Shown here: positions 30,379-42,208 of the stretch, piece after piece
Position numbering within the stretch: position 1 is the first letter of the stretch
Layout: every line of letters begins with the position of its first letter
Origin: a virus
IMG/VR virus record: IMGVR_UViG_3300028490_000005
Location: 18,338-82,337 of that record
Direction: 5' to 3' (one strand)
DNA: 64,000 bases
Position numbers and translations under genes: made by a program
Notes under the pieces: model-generated
What the model was told of the DNA's origin: nothing
The model's input: the letters and a program-made list of their open reading frames with translations, nothing else
Database searches by the model: none

Positions 30379-33300
30379 TGGGTGAATTTACTAGAAGACT
30401 TGAGTTAATGAAAGAGTCAGGTGATCGAGCTACACTTACTGACCTCTGGGAATTGAAAATCATGAAGGGTCGTGAGAAACAAAAGGTCGATGTAGAAGTA
30501 GACGCTATTGCCACTGCTATTATAGTGGTACAGAATAATATCCTAAGAGAAGAGAAAAGGCTCGCAGATGCAGAATTTTGATGATATTTGCCCCGAAGAC
30601 TTTATTGACTACATTGATATCACTTCTGACGAACAAGAAGTAATTGATCAAACTATTCATATGCAACGTATGATGACAGCGAAAATGTCTGTGAATTTAT
30701 TGATGGCAAAGCCAATAATCATAGATACACCTTGTTCAGCAGATACTTCACAACTCATCAATAACATAACTGAAGGTGGAATTGTAGTGGCATCACCAAG
30801 TGGCTTTATGTTACATGACCCACACATGAGACCAGCAGAGAGTGGGAAGACTTGGTACGCTCTATCTGAAAGAGATTTAATGTACCCTGATAACTTTGAA
30901 GATTCTGTAAAGTGTAATAGGGATAGCAAACCATTATTTGGCTTAGACCCGAATGATGTATTTAGAAAGGGTAGAAAGAAATGGTAGATTTTGAAACTGT
31001 TTCAATTATTATATTTGGTGTCGCGTTGGCGATGAACATGGTTCTCATATGCTTAGTTATATATGATGACATTACATCTTTCAGATAGGAAAAAATAAAT
31101 GAAATTATTACAATACCCAAATTATTTCGACGATGAATTAGATGTTAGGCTAATAATCGTCGAAAAGGAAACTGGTAAAATCAATTACCCAGTAGTTAGA
31201 TGTGTAGGAAGCTATACTGATTATATTGTCGTTGGTTTAATGATGATTCATGGAGATTGGGAAACGTATATTGTATATGCGACGGATAATTTACCAAAAG
31301 AGGAATTCACGGTGACTCACTCAGCTCAAGTTGTCGGGACTCCAGGAAATAAAACTACTTGGGTCGATGATATCAAATTCATCGAAAAGAGTATAACAGC
31401 GAGAGCTAAAGATAGATTACTTAATTTTAAAGGGGAAAAGAAATGAAACAAATGAAACAATTAATTGCAATGACATTAATATTCGTGGGTATATTATTGA
31501 GTGGGTGTAATTCAGGGAAGATTGAAAACTTCAGGGCGAAATATACTATAATAAAAGATGGTAAGATCATCGGATATTCTGAAAGACGTGGTTCGTATGA
31601 TTCTGGTTGTAAGGAAGTTTATACAGCACAAGGCGATTTCTCTGGTAAAATTTGCGGTGATTATTTCATCAAAAACGGTGTGAAGATGGAGTTTGATAAT
31701 GGTTCAGTTAAGTAGTGGATTAGAACACAATACTGTAATGAAAATATTTGAGTTAGAAGGCAATGTGGCAATTATAAGTTCTCCACTATGGGGTGATTAT
31801 CTAACCACATTAATGTTGTTTGATCATGAAGAGGAAGAACTCCTCGAATATTTACTAAAAAGAAAAATGGAAAGGGAAAAATAATGTATTTTGAAAAGGT
31901 AAATGTAGGGGACGAAGTATATGGCTTCGTCTATGGAAAAGGTAAAGTGAGTTATGTCATTGACGACAAATTCGATATGGATGGTTTTTATTCGTTCGAA
32001 GTGTTATATGATAACGGCGAAAGTGTGTTTTACACTAGAGAGGGTGTTCCGAATTGGTGTAACGCTGATGGTTGTATCCAAACCGTGTATTGGGCTGATG
32101 ATATTGACTTGATGGAAGAAGACTTCAGTCCATCAGAGGGGTCATTGACACCAAAGAAGATTATGAAGTTAAGAGTGAAAGGTACGCTTGAAATGAAATG
32201 CCCATCAGGTATTTGGAGAAGCGTTGATAATTGTCCCGATAATGTATTTCTCGGAGCAATAACAAAAGAACAATATTTCTTATTTAGGAGAGCAGTATGA
32301 GAATACCAAAATTGAGTGACGATGTATCTGTAGCATTTACCACAATGCTAGTTATAGGTTATATGGGTGGAATGTTGACATATATTTTTGAAGGGTTGCA
32401 ATCAGGACACATCAGGTTCTTAACTGTGTTTATTCCATTAACAATAATCTGGGTATTCACTTCGAGCCATGTAGTTAAGGGTTCATTGAAATGACATATT
32501 CAAGAGAGGGAAATAACCACTTAGGTAAAATCCTTCAACATCAAAAGTTGGAAAATATATTAAGCTTCTTTTAAGCAACATTACGGTATAATAGAACAAC
32601 TTAAAAGATTGGAGACTTATGAAACCTTTAGGATACGATAAAATGATAAACTTCGGGTATGAGGACTGTGCTGACATATTACAATATGGTTCTCCCAGTG
32701 CTAAATCTCACATCAAAGGTAAAGGTGGGGTTATTAGAAACTCTATGAACCCTAAATCAAAAGCATCTTCACGCAGAATATATAAAAGAGTATCTCGCAA
32801 CGAGGGCAAAGAAACTTGTAAAAACTACAAAAAGGATTACGAATGAGAAAAATTAAAGAAATGAAGAATAAAGCAATGAGAAAAGCGTCAACGATAGTTG
32901 AACTGATTTTTGTGATATTGAGTATTGGTGCATTAGTCGGTTGGGTAATGAATATCATGGCTGTAATTCAATTAGCAATGGCTAACTCAGAATTGACAAC
33001 TATGTTTATATTGAGAATAGCAGGAATCTTTGTAGCACCACTTGGTATTATCTTAGGTTATATGTAATGTTTTCAATAGCTACAATTATCACCCTAGTGA
33101 TTTTGCTAGTGTTTGTCTGTGCTATGTATAGGAACGAAAGAATTTGGTCAACGAGAAACGATTTATTAAATGCAGCAAGAATTGCCATTAGTGAAAAGGA
33201 TCTCGAACGTTATGATACTATCATGGAGTCGTATCATAAATATTCTTATACAGAGATGTTATATAAACACCTGACCAAATTTTCAGTGAAAGATTTTTAT

Positions 33301-33769
33301 CCTGAATTAAATGGGATGAAGATTTAGATGTTTACGTTTAATAATTGTGACGACTTAATGAATTGTTCTAAGGCTGAATTCCAAATGAGGGTTATAAATA
33401 CCATTTTAGCTTTTCTCATCTTGGTTGATTTAGTTTTTGGTAATATGGACTTAATGTTCATTGAAATACCAACTCTTATTTTAGGGTTATGGTACAACAA
33501 AATACTCCACGACAACCTATTGAAGTCGATGAAGAAATACATACTTAAGGATTAATATGAATAATGTTTTAGACCCTGATTTTAAGCAATGGATTGAGAA
33601 ATCCTTTAAGCGTGGTGGTGTAACTACTTCAGCTGGTAATCCAGAAGAGTATCTATTGGTTCGCTTAGATACAAAGGCTATTGCGATTAATAGAATAGAT
33701 TCAACAGTTTGGAACGTATTTTATAATTGGGAAAATGAGCTTAAGGTCACACTGGACAGAAAGTTCTAA
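30378..33769 (+). other. Run of small hypothetical genes, several with single TM segments or lipoboxes
   Basis: Contiguous + strand ORFs with RBSs or coupled starts. Confidence 0.55.
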
Positions 33770-33819
33770 TTAAGTTTGATTTAAGATAAATCTAGTATAA
33801 TAATCAAAAAGGAAAAAGT

Positions 33820-34479
33820 ATGAACAAAGAAAGTAATGAATTTGCGTCAGAAATAGTTTGGCAGTCTACTGAAACAACACCAGACGGGAAGCCGTTTATG
33901 TCAGTTAAAAAAGCTAGAGGGTATTACTACTATGCCGAAAGAGGTGGTAGAGATTCTATAGCATTTATCCTATATGATGAGGAAACTGGATCACTTGGAC
34001 TTATTAAGGAGTCTAAGCCACCAATGGATGAAGAATTTAATCAAAAACACATGAAGGTGACAGCGTTCGGTGGTTCTATTGATATGGACAAAACACCTGA
34101 AGAAATTTGTCAAATTGAAGTTCTTGAAGAAGCTGGTTACAATATCCCGATGGAAAATATAGTATATATTGGTAAAACTATGGTATCAACTCAAATGAAC
34201 CAAAGTTGTTTCGGATATATGGTAAATGTTACAGGTTTCACTCCAGGAAAAACGGAAGCTGATATCCACAATGAAGCTCAAATTGCTAAAGATGCTGATG
34301 AGTTCAGCCACAATGAAGTTGTTTGGGTAACTGAAAACGAAATTATGGACAACAACGATTGGAAGTCTATTTGGATATACAGTAAAATGTATTTTGCAAG
34401 TGTTAGACATATCATAGAAAAAGAGAAAGCTACTAAGAAAGCTGAAGACCCAAATTATCACCCAAAGAAGGAAGTGTAA
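33820..34479 (+). CDS. Nudix hydrolase
   Basis: GGS...EEICQIEVLEEAGY degenerate Nudix box. Confidence 0.75.
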   Translation: MNKESNEFASEIVWQSTETTPDGKPFMSVKKARGYYYYAERGGRDSIAFILYDEETGSLGLIKESKPPMDEEFNQKHMKVTAFGGSIDMDKTPEEICQIEVLEEAGYNIPMENIVYIGKTMVSTQMNQSCFGYMVNVTGFTPGKTEADIHNEAQIAKDADEFSHNEVVWVTENEIMDNNDWKSIWIYSKMYFASVRHIIEKEKATKKAEDPNYHPKKEV

Positions 34480-34982
34480 TGATTAAAATTGAAAACGACG
34501 AAATAACACTGAACGCAAGTTCATTAACAGAACTATTAACAGAGATTAGTGCCCTTATCTCAGCAGTATCAAAACAAGTGGTAGAAAGCTCAGGTGGTAC
34601 AGATGCGGATATAGAAATTATCGAAAGGGATATATTTGACTCTTTGAGATTTACGAGACTTGTAAATGGTGGAATGTCGGGTGAAGAAGCGTTCAATACT
34701 ATCAACCCAGAACTAAATAGATCTGATGATACAGATACTACTGACTCGGCTGGTACACCAGATAAAGAAGAATCTAAGGAAGCTTAGATGGTAATCATAG
34801 TTCAATCAACTACATATGAAGACTTCAACTCAATTGAAGAGGGGTTGTACTTCACAAGTAGATACAACGCAACTATTTATATTGGGGACAAGGTATCCAA
34901 GCTCCCAAAAGAGTTAAGGGAAAATTTCAATGTTGATGAGGTATTCATCAACGAATTAGAAACAAATCAATAAAGGTAATAA

Positions 34983-35660
34983 ATGTATTTATTAATTTCA
35001 TTAGTAATCATCGCAGTAATAGTGTACTTTATATTCATCAACCACGCAAAAACAATCATTATAGAGAATATTGAAGAATATCAGTATAATCAGGGGCTTG
35101 GATATAAGGCATTAAAGAGTAGAGAAACCTTTCTCAAAAGTAAGGAAGTTCAAAAGGTCGGTGATAAAGATAAAATTATATTCGCATTAACGGCTATTCA
35201 ACGAAGAAGATTCTCACTAAATGATATCAAAAAACACGGGTTCATTCTAAATGGTGGAAAAACATATATCAGTCTTGGTCACAACAGTGTTGAAGTCTCT
35301 GATATGGTTAAGCTTCTCATTGAACAAATTGGCGTCAAAGAAACTGTGTTTTCTAGTAGACTAGGGAACCACACTGATCTATGTGTAAAAATACTAAATG
35401 ATGGTACATTTTTAGAGCCAATATTAGTTAGACATAAGGATTATGACGGTCAAGAAGATTCATCATACATTGAACAACATTTCAAGGTAGCTATTATCAA
35501 CGAAGAAAAGGGTTGGGATTATGTAATTGACCAACTTAAATCACCAGCACCCAAAGAGGGACAAGGGAAAGATTGGTACTACAGTTCATCAATTATCCAA
35601 TGGAACCTTACTCAAATCGGTGACTTCTTAAGTGTACTTTGGAAACATGATGACATATAA
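34983..35660 (+). CDS. Membrane-anchored hypothetical protein
   Basis: N-terminal hydrophobic helix. Confidence 0.55.
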   Translation: MYLLISLVIIAVIVYFIFINHAKTIIIENIEEYQYNQGLGYKALKSRETFLKSKEVQKVGDKDKIIFALTAIQRRRFSLNDIKKHGFILNGGKTYISLGHNSVEVSDMVKLLIEQIGVKETVFSSRLGNHTDLCVKILNDGTFLEPILVRHKDYDGQEDSSYIEQHFKVAIINEEKGWDYVIDQLKSPAPKEGQGKDWYYSSSIIQWNLTQIGDFLSVLWKHDDI

Positions 35661-35669
35661 GAATCTATA

Positions 35670-35813
35670 ATGACTCCACAAGAATTTACTGAACTTATGG
35701 CTGAACTCGAAAAGGAATATGAGTACTATATTTCAATCGGGGATCAAATTAGTGTTGATATATTAATTGGCCAAATGAACTCCCTTGAGGCAGATTACGG
35801 GAGAGGTGGTTGA
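35670..35813 (+). CDS. 47-aa acidic peptide (not in track), paralog of 47147-47290
   Basis: MTPQEFTELMAELEKEY versus MTLEKFQEKMTELKSEY; same length. Confidence 0.55.
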   Translation: MTPQEFTELMAELEKEYEYYISIGDQISVDILIGQMNSLEADYGRGG

Positions 35814-35814
35814 A

Positions 35815-35873
35815 TTAAGTTTGTTTTAAGCGAATATACGGTATAATAGAGTATAAAGTTTGAAAGGCTTAAA
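35815..35873 (+). promoter_or_regulatory. Early promoter + RBS repeat
   Basis: 3' 35 bp identical to 7826. Confidence 0.85.
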
Positions 35874-36859
35874 ATGAAATTAACAAATTATGTATTAACG
35901 TTCACGGACAACAAAGGCAATTCAGTATTATGTAAAAACGACGGGTCATCAGTCGACATTTCTGAAAAGCCATTCTACAAATCAAGAGACAACGCCGAAA
36001 AGGCTATTTCTAAAATCAATAACACTTTAAAAACATTACAAGAGAAAAGACTATTCTGGTACGAAAAAGTTCAGAATGCTGGACTATACTCTCAAGATGA
36101 TTCCCAAAGAAATCTTATAGTGGACAGCTATGAGAACGGTGAATTGATTTTAGCAAACGGACTTGAAATTAAAGAAGTTATTATTGAAATTAATCTTTAA
36201 ATTAAGCAAGGTTTAAGCTAACTTACGGTATAATACAATATAAAATATAAAGGTTCAAAATGACAAAAGAAATTGAAGTAGGAAGTGAAGTTCAGATATT
36301 GGACATGGATCCATGTCTAAGAAACGACGGTGACTATGAAGTTGGTCAAATTTGTTTAGTGAAGGATATCACTGAAGTTTATGGTAGAGCTAAAAAATAC
36401 ACAGTTTGGACAGAAGATCGTTCAGGGTATTGGTTCTTCGTAGAGCCACAGTTAAAGTTGGTGTCGTAATGCCTAAAATTATCACGAACGAAACTAGAGA
36501 AATCATCTATGGTTATTCTACATATGGTGCCGATGGGTCACCAATGTCAGTTGGGGACGGGTCATTTCAAATTCATGGACAATATGAAGTAGGTGAATTA
36601 GTGAAAGCCGTGAGAGAAGCTATTGTTGAGTCGATTAACAACCCTAATATTACGTCAAAAAACATCATCCTCACATTCATGTTTGAAAATATAGTTTATA
36701 AGGAAGTTGACAATGGATAATTTAGGACAAGCTATGGTTGGAGCCATACTAGGAATTGCAGTTGCAGTTGGATTGATAGGATTGGTCATAGGAACCATCG
36801 TCGGTGCTCTGATAGGGTCATAAACTCTTTCATTGAGAAATAAATTATAAAGGTTTAAA

Positions 36860-37477
36860 ATGAAATATAATGTCGGGAACAGAGTTCATATAAAGAAAGA
36901 TTATCATGACATCACTGTATCTAAAGATAGTATTAGAGTAATAAGTTCTAGAGTAGGATTGAACTATGATCTTACTGATGCTAAATTAGAAGAAACTTAT
37001 GAAATTTCACGCATTGATGATGATGGTGATTTGTGGATATATTCAATTAATGAAAGTGAAGACTCTTCATTTGCAGTACATGTAGAAGTAGTTACTATCA
37101 TCGAAGCTTTTAATTTGAAAAACTCACGTCACATATATAATAGAAATGATATGGATGATATCGGTATGGCAGTTTCAAGCTTTATCTATGAGCACGAGTT
37201 ACCGTCATATTCGTACCCAGAAGTGTATGCGTACTTCGTTGAAAGAATAGACGGAATAGACGTGGCACGGTACGGTCACTCAGAAAGATTCCTAGTCAAT
37301 GGAGAACCTCTGAAAGAATGGGACACACTAGCTGATCAAATCAGACACATGCATAAAACTTTTAAATTATTTTTTCAACGAAAGAACAAAGAGGTTTCGG
37401 TGATTAGAAATGAGATAATCGAACTTCAAATGAAATTGGAAAACGCTATAAGAAAATCAAAGAAGGTAATTGAATAA
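36860..37477 (+). CDS. Hypothetical protein, YPE/FFQRK paralog family
   Basis: ELPSYSYPEVY..FV and LFFQRK shared with 37477 and 50900. Confidence 0.65.
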   Translation: MKYNVGNRVHIKKDYHDITVSKDSIRVISSRVGLNYDLTDAKLEETYEISRIDDDGDLWIYSINESEDSSFAVHVEVVTIIEAFNLKNSRHIYNRNDMDDIGMAVSSFIYEHELPSYSYPEVYAYFVERIDGIDVARYGHSERFLVNGEPLKEWDTLADQIRHMHKTFKLFFQRKNKEVSVIRNEIIELQMKLENAIRKSKKVIE

Positions 37478-38121
37478 TGAAGTCAAGAAGAATTAGAGAA
37501 GATGATGTCGTTACTATATCAAAGGATTATGAAGAGTTGACTAGGGAGGTAGATTCACGAAGACAAGTTAATGATCAACCATTATGTGGTGTGAGTGAAA
37601 GATTAATGGTTTATTTAAAGAGTCGGAAAGATCCGCATGAACAATTCATAGTTAAAAGATTGGATGGTGATGGTGACGTATGGATCCGCACTTCGGGTGA
37701 TAGCTCATTTGTAGTGTATCCCGAAGTCCTGACATTAGTGACGGAAGCTCCAGTAGAATCAGATATTGCAGATATCGATGAATGTTATTCAAGTGATTTC
37801 AATTTAGATTTGAAAAACACTTCAAAAATATATTCACAAGATGAAATGGGTGATGAGAGGGATGCTATAGTAGACTTTATCACACAAAATGAACTTCCGA
37901 TATATGCGTACCCAGAAGCTTATGAATATTTTGTGACAAGAGGTAATGTATATGATAGTAATGACAATGAGCTTATTTCGGAAATAATCAACATGAAAGA
38001 GCAAGAAACTCTGTTCTTCCAGAGAAAGAACATTGGTGTTCGTAGAGCAAAGAACCTATTTGAAAAGGCTAAAAATGACTTACGAATAGAAATTGATAAA
38101 TCAAGAAAGGTGTTAATTTAA
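37477..38121 (+). CDS. Hypothetical protein, YPE/FFQRK paralog family (tandem duplicate)
   Basis: DGDVWI, ELPIYAYPEAY..FV, LFFQRK. Confidence 0.65.
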   Translation: MKSRRIREDDVVTISKDYEELTREVDSRRQVNDQPLCGVSERLMVYLKSRKDPHEQFIVKRLDGDGDVWIRTSGDSSFVVYPEVLTLVTEAPVESDIADIDECYSSDFNLDLKNTSKIYSQDEMGDERDAIVDFITQNELPIYAYPEAYEYFVTRGNVYDSNDNELISEIINMKEQETLFFQRKNIGVRRAKNLFEKAKNDLRIEIDKSRKVLI

Positions 38122-38866
38122 TGTTTAAATGTAAATATAAATTGAAAGATGAATCTAAGGCTGAATTGTATGAATTCATGATAGGTATGTTAATGTTCAT
38201 GATCACTATGTTCGTGATATTTCTTGTGGGTTATTTCGGGGATAATTGGTTTGGGTTACTTACGGCAGAACAAAATGACCACTTTGTATTCAGTGAATAT
38301 TGGGATGCGGTGTTTGTGCATTTCTTGGCTGGTGTAGCTTTAATTGGTGGATTTCTCATATTTATACTTTTCCTTAATGGGGTACTCATTGGGATCAGTG
38401 ATTTAATTGAACACCTTAAAGATCAAGTGGAGTGTCGTGAAGATTACGAAGCCGTTAAAAAACGTGAAGCTCGCGAAAATAGGGATAATTAATGATAAGA
38501 ACATTAAGAAAATTCAGAAACAAATATTCTGAAAAGGTAGACGGGTTAATAGACACAGCTGAACTAGCGTACAAGTACAAAATGGATTTCAAAGTCGATA
38601 TGGGTTCTATTTTAAGTATGGAACATTATGTCGAACTCATTGGAAATTTAGATAAAGCTATTGAAGATGTGTATGATGAGGCAGATAGAGTCAGTGAGAA
38701 CGGTGAAAACGGTGAAAAGAAGCGAAAGATTTCTAATATACATGATATAATTAAAATACAAGAAGCTCAATTAAATTCTTCAAAAGAAATTCTTAGAAAT
38801 TTAACAATTTAAGCAAGGTTTAAGCTACATTACGGTATAATAGTATATAAAATATAAAGGTTCTAA

Positions 38867-39037
38867 ATGAAAACATTATTTATTTGTAATAATTGCGGTG
38901 ACGAAGCCAACTCGGAACATTGTCAAGGTTGTGGGTCAACAGACACTACAGAACTAGACACTGAAGAAGTTACATTAGAACAACTAGATGACTTCTATTC
39001 AGAAGAAGATTTGGCATCATTTGAAGAGGAAAATTAA
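38867..39037 (+). CDS. 56-aa zinc ribbon with acidic tail (not in track)
   Basis: CNNC...CQGCG; directly after a promoter repeat. Confidence 0.6.
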   Translation: MKTLFICNNCGDEANSEHCQGCGSTDTTELDTEEVTLEQLDDFYSEEDLASFEEEN

Positions 39038-39106
39038 TATGTGGGCAAGAAAAACAATAAGATAGTTAAGCTTCTTTTAAGGAAGTTTACGCTATAATAT
39101 AGATAT

Positions 39107-39355
39107 GCTCCGACTGGTTTGGGGGAAGCATTTAGGCGAAAACCTAGAATAATTAAGGAAAACGAGAAAAGTGTTCAGACGGGTTAGTTCCCTTTCTGTC
39201 CCCGATTCAAGTTATAATAGATAATTTACTGATTCCCACTGTGGTTTCAGATGAAATGAATCTGAAGATATGAACTATAAGCTTCAGATAATTTCGGGTT
39301 ATTTATTGGAATCCTTGCAGTCCCTTTCGTGGTTCGATTCCTCGACGGAGCACCA
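39107..39355 (+). ncRNA. 249-nt structured RNA with tRNA-like termini (tmRNA-like architecture)
   Basis: 5' GCTCCG pairs with CGGAGC before ACCA-3'; T-arm CGTGG-TTCGATT-CCTCG; own promoter (TATAAT 39093-39098); no long ORF. Confidence 0.75.
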
Positions 39356-39988
39356 AAAATTAAAGGCTAGAAATGAACACTGAAAAACAATATACAATCT
39401 TATTTGGTAAGAATAATAACTCAGATAAAATCGAAGTTGGTAGCTTTTATCTTTACTTAACAAGATTCTTTGTTGAATGGGAAGAATTTCAAAATTGGGG
39501 AAGAGAAAGATTTCGCCAAAAGTATTTATCTGAAGGAACGAAACAAAATGAAGCTACTTCTTATGAAGGGTTTAGACAACATACTACAGAAGACGATCTT
39601 TATTACTTCACTTTAGAAGAAGCAGAAAGAATTTTGAAGAAACTTCGAAAGAAGGCGTTCAAAATTAACAAAACACGAAGAGAAGCATTTCGCGATTATA
39701 AATATGGTAAAGCTAGAGCGAACGAATTATATGCATATGGTAAAGAGCCGTTCATTGTTAAGAAAACTAAAATTAAACAATACTTAAAGAAAGGTTAATG
39801 TGGAAAAGAAATATTTTGAAAGAAAAGATGGTAAGATTTTCAAACTCGTTTCAATGAAAGTTTATGAAAAAGGTTCTGGTTTGGAGAAATGGCAAACTGT
39901 TGCTTGGCATGAATCAAATGAAATAGGTTGTTCAACAAACTTCTACAAGGAACTATGTATAACTGAATGTGAATATATTTGTAAAGCA

Positions 39989-40048
39989 TTTAAGCAAGGT
40001 TTAAGCGAACTTACGGTATAATACAGTATAAAGTTTGAAAGGCTTAAA
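39989..40048 (+). promoter_or_regulatory. Early promoter + RBS repeat
   Basis: Near-identical to 7826. Confidence 0.85.
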
Positions 40049-40765
40049 ATGAAACGCAAGATTATAACAGCGACATTAATGCTCGGAGTTTCACTATCTC
40101 TCTTAAGTGCTAACGTATGCCAAGAGACTGAGGTTCACGTTGGTTCAATAAAACAAATGGACCTCCTTATAGAGAAGTGTGAGAAGTTAGAAAGTGTTTC
40201 TAAAACAGTAGATTTAAATGTATCAACTGCTAGTGCTTCACAATTAGAAAATATATTAGTTGTGAGTAAATTGGTAAGCGTTTATCCTAATGAGCCAGAA
40301 GCTAAAACTCAGATCATAAAGTCCGTCTTGAAGTATTCAGAGGAATATGATATTGACCCACTTACATTGACAGCGTTGATTGCTAAAGAGTCTAGTATGA
40401 ATAAGGGTGCAAAACACGGTTCAGTATTTGTAAAAATTCCTACTGCCCCTCATTGGACTAAGATTAAATCAGCTAGAGTAACAGCCGTTGGTATGGGTGG
40501 CGTCATATTTGAAATTTGGAAGTATGAGCTTGCCGAAATAGGGATTACAAGTAGAGAAGAACTATTCGGTATCGAAACAAATATTAAGGCATCAGCATTT
40601 ATCCTCAGTATCTATACACATGAACGTAAACAACTCAAACATACAGATTCAAGAGAACAGTCAGCCTTACTTAGATATTACGGTGTAACAAGAAACAAAT
40701 GGGGTGTGCCAAACAAAACGTATAGCACACAAGTATATAAAATTAAAAATTCAATTGAAGGGTAG
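40049..40765 (+). CDS. Lytic transglycosylase (SLT domain) with N-terminal signal/anchor
   Basis: YDIDPLTLTALIAKESS catalytic Glu, NIKASAFIL, ALLRYYG. Confidence 0.8.
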   Translation: MKRKIITATLMLGVSLSLLSANVCQETEVHVGSIKQMDLLIEKCEKLESVSKTVDLNVSTASASQLENILVVSKLVSVYPNEPEAKTQIIKSVLKYSEEYDIDPLTLTALIAKESSMNKGAKHGSVFVKIPTAPHWTKIKSARVTAVGMGGVIFEIWKYELAEIGITSREELFGIETNIKASAFILSIYTHERKQLKHTDSREQSALLRYYGVTRNKWGVPNKTYSTQVYKIKNSIEG

Positions 40766-40767
40766 AC

Positions 40768-41202
40768 ATGAGCGTATTAGACATATTTAACTATTTGAGA
40801 TTAGAGAGTATTGGGTTGTGGTTTGAAAACTTACTATTGAATCATTTTGGTATGTTATTTTTAGTGATTTCAGTTATAGCGTTATTCATCGTAATAGTGC
40901 TAGAAACCAGTCCTCGTGATATATTCACAAACGGTGGTTGGGTAATTGATTATACTGAAATTCAGAGTAAGAGTTTAAGACCTGAGGCAATTTTGGCAAC
41001 TGTTGGAAGAACTATATCTCTGACGTTTGTATTATTGGTGGTATTCGGATTATTGGTGGTATTCACGGAATTCATTTTCTTATTACTTGGTGCATTGACA
41101 TTTTTGGCAACAATTTACGGTGTACTGTACGGTTTGAAGAAAGTTTCAATCTCAATACAAAATAAACGTTTAGAAAACAAGAAGGAAAAAGATGAAAGAT
41201 AA
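40768..41202 (+). CDS. Membrane protein
   Basis: Two to three hydrophobic segments. Confidence 0.55.
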   Translation: MSVLDIFNYLRLESIGLWFENLLLNHFGMLFLVISVIALFIVIVLETSPRDIFTNGGWVIDYTEIQSKSLRPEAILATVGRTISLTFVLLVVFGLLVVFTEFIFLLLGALTFLATIYGVLYGLKKVSISIQNKRLENKKEKDER

Positions 41203-41644
41203 AATTTTATACGGTCTATTAATGGTAGGAATATTGGTAGTTTGGTTATGGGGAATGTCAGTGGTTTCTTGGAGGGTATTTTAATGAATAGAGTACTCAT
41301 CATGTCTGAAATTTTAGGAGTTGAGGTTGAATCTATTTCAGATACCTTAAGCCCATCAGTGCCATTTATTAATGACGGGTTTTCTTATAACCTATTGGGT
41401 GATGAAAACCATGTTCATCATGTCGTAAATCCAGATAGTTTCTATGATTTAGTTTCTGAATATATGATTAAAAATAAAGTCGATATTCATTTAGTAAATG
41501 CTCACAGCATTTTAATTTATAAAGAATATGCTGGTGTATTAAATCCAGAAACGTGTGATTTAGAAGTATATTTTGAAACTAGGGACAAGAAGATAGATGC
41601 TTTATTTAAAGCATCTGAATTTGTAATTCAAATAGGAAAAGAAA

Positions 41645-42004
41645 ATGAATAGAACGGTCGCAGCAGAACTCAAGCACTTAGAGATGCTTCAGAAAGAGCA
41701 AGATAAGATAGTTTCATTAATGGTGTCTGATATTAATGAGCGTGACGAAATTCTTCATAAAGAACGCCTTCAGTCTCAAAAGATTAGTAAACAAATTAGA
41801 GATCTTAAAAATATGAATAAAGAGGTTATTGTTAGTGAACATGCTACTCTAAGATACATCACAAGAGTAATGGGAATTGACGTAGAAAAATTACGAACGA
41901 AAATCCTACCAAACGGGACAACTGGTATTATCGATGGTAAGTATCCAATCGGTGATGGGTTTGTATCAGTCGTAAAGAACAACGTTGTTGTTACAGTTGA
42001 ATAG
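41645..42004 (+). CDS. Coiled coil plus SEHA.LRY motif domain
   Basis: VSEHATLRYITRV...VKNNVVVTV. Confidence 0.5.
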   Translation: MNRTVAAELKHLEMLQKEQDKIVSLMVSDINERDEILHKERLQSQKISKQIRDLKNMNKEVIVSEHATLRYITRVMGIDVEKLRTKILPNGTTGIIDGKYPIGDGFVSVVKNNVVVTVE

Positions 42005-42170
42005 GGGATAATATGAACTTATATGTAGTTACAGTAATAGTGATAATCACTTTAGGATTTCTTTATGTGTTTAGAGACATAAAGAAAAGAGTACAAAATG
42101 GCGAAAGCTATGAGATAGATTCAGATGTTGCTAACTCTGGTGGCTTCTAAAATAACATACTCCTAACACA

Positions 42171-42180
42171 TTAAATACTT
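42171..42180 (+). promoter_or_regulatory. Late promoter TTAAATACTT
   Basis: TAAATA core upstream of the fibre-like operon. Confidence 0.55.
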
Positions 42181-42208
42181 TAAATATTAAAATTTAAAGG
42201 AATGTTAT

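Noticed and set aside
39107-39355. Ordinary tRNA, or tRNA with a group I intron
   Set aside because: No D-stem or anticodon arm on either side; the insert is short and I could not find convincing P7 or other group I core elements
39107-39355. Canonical tmRNA (ssrA)
   Set aside because: No G3-U70 pair, no GGAUUCGAC or GAC motifs, no tag ending in Ala-Ala; kept only as tmRNA-like
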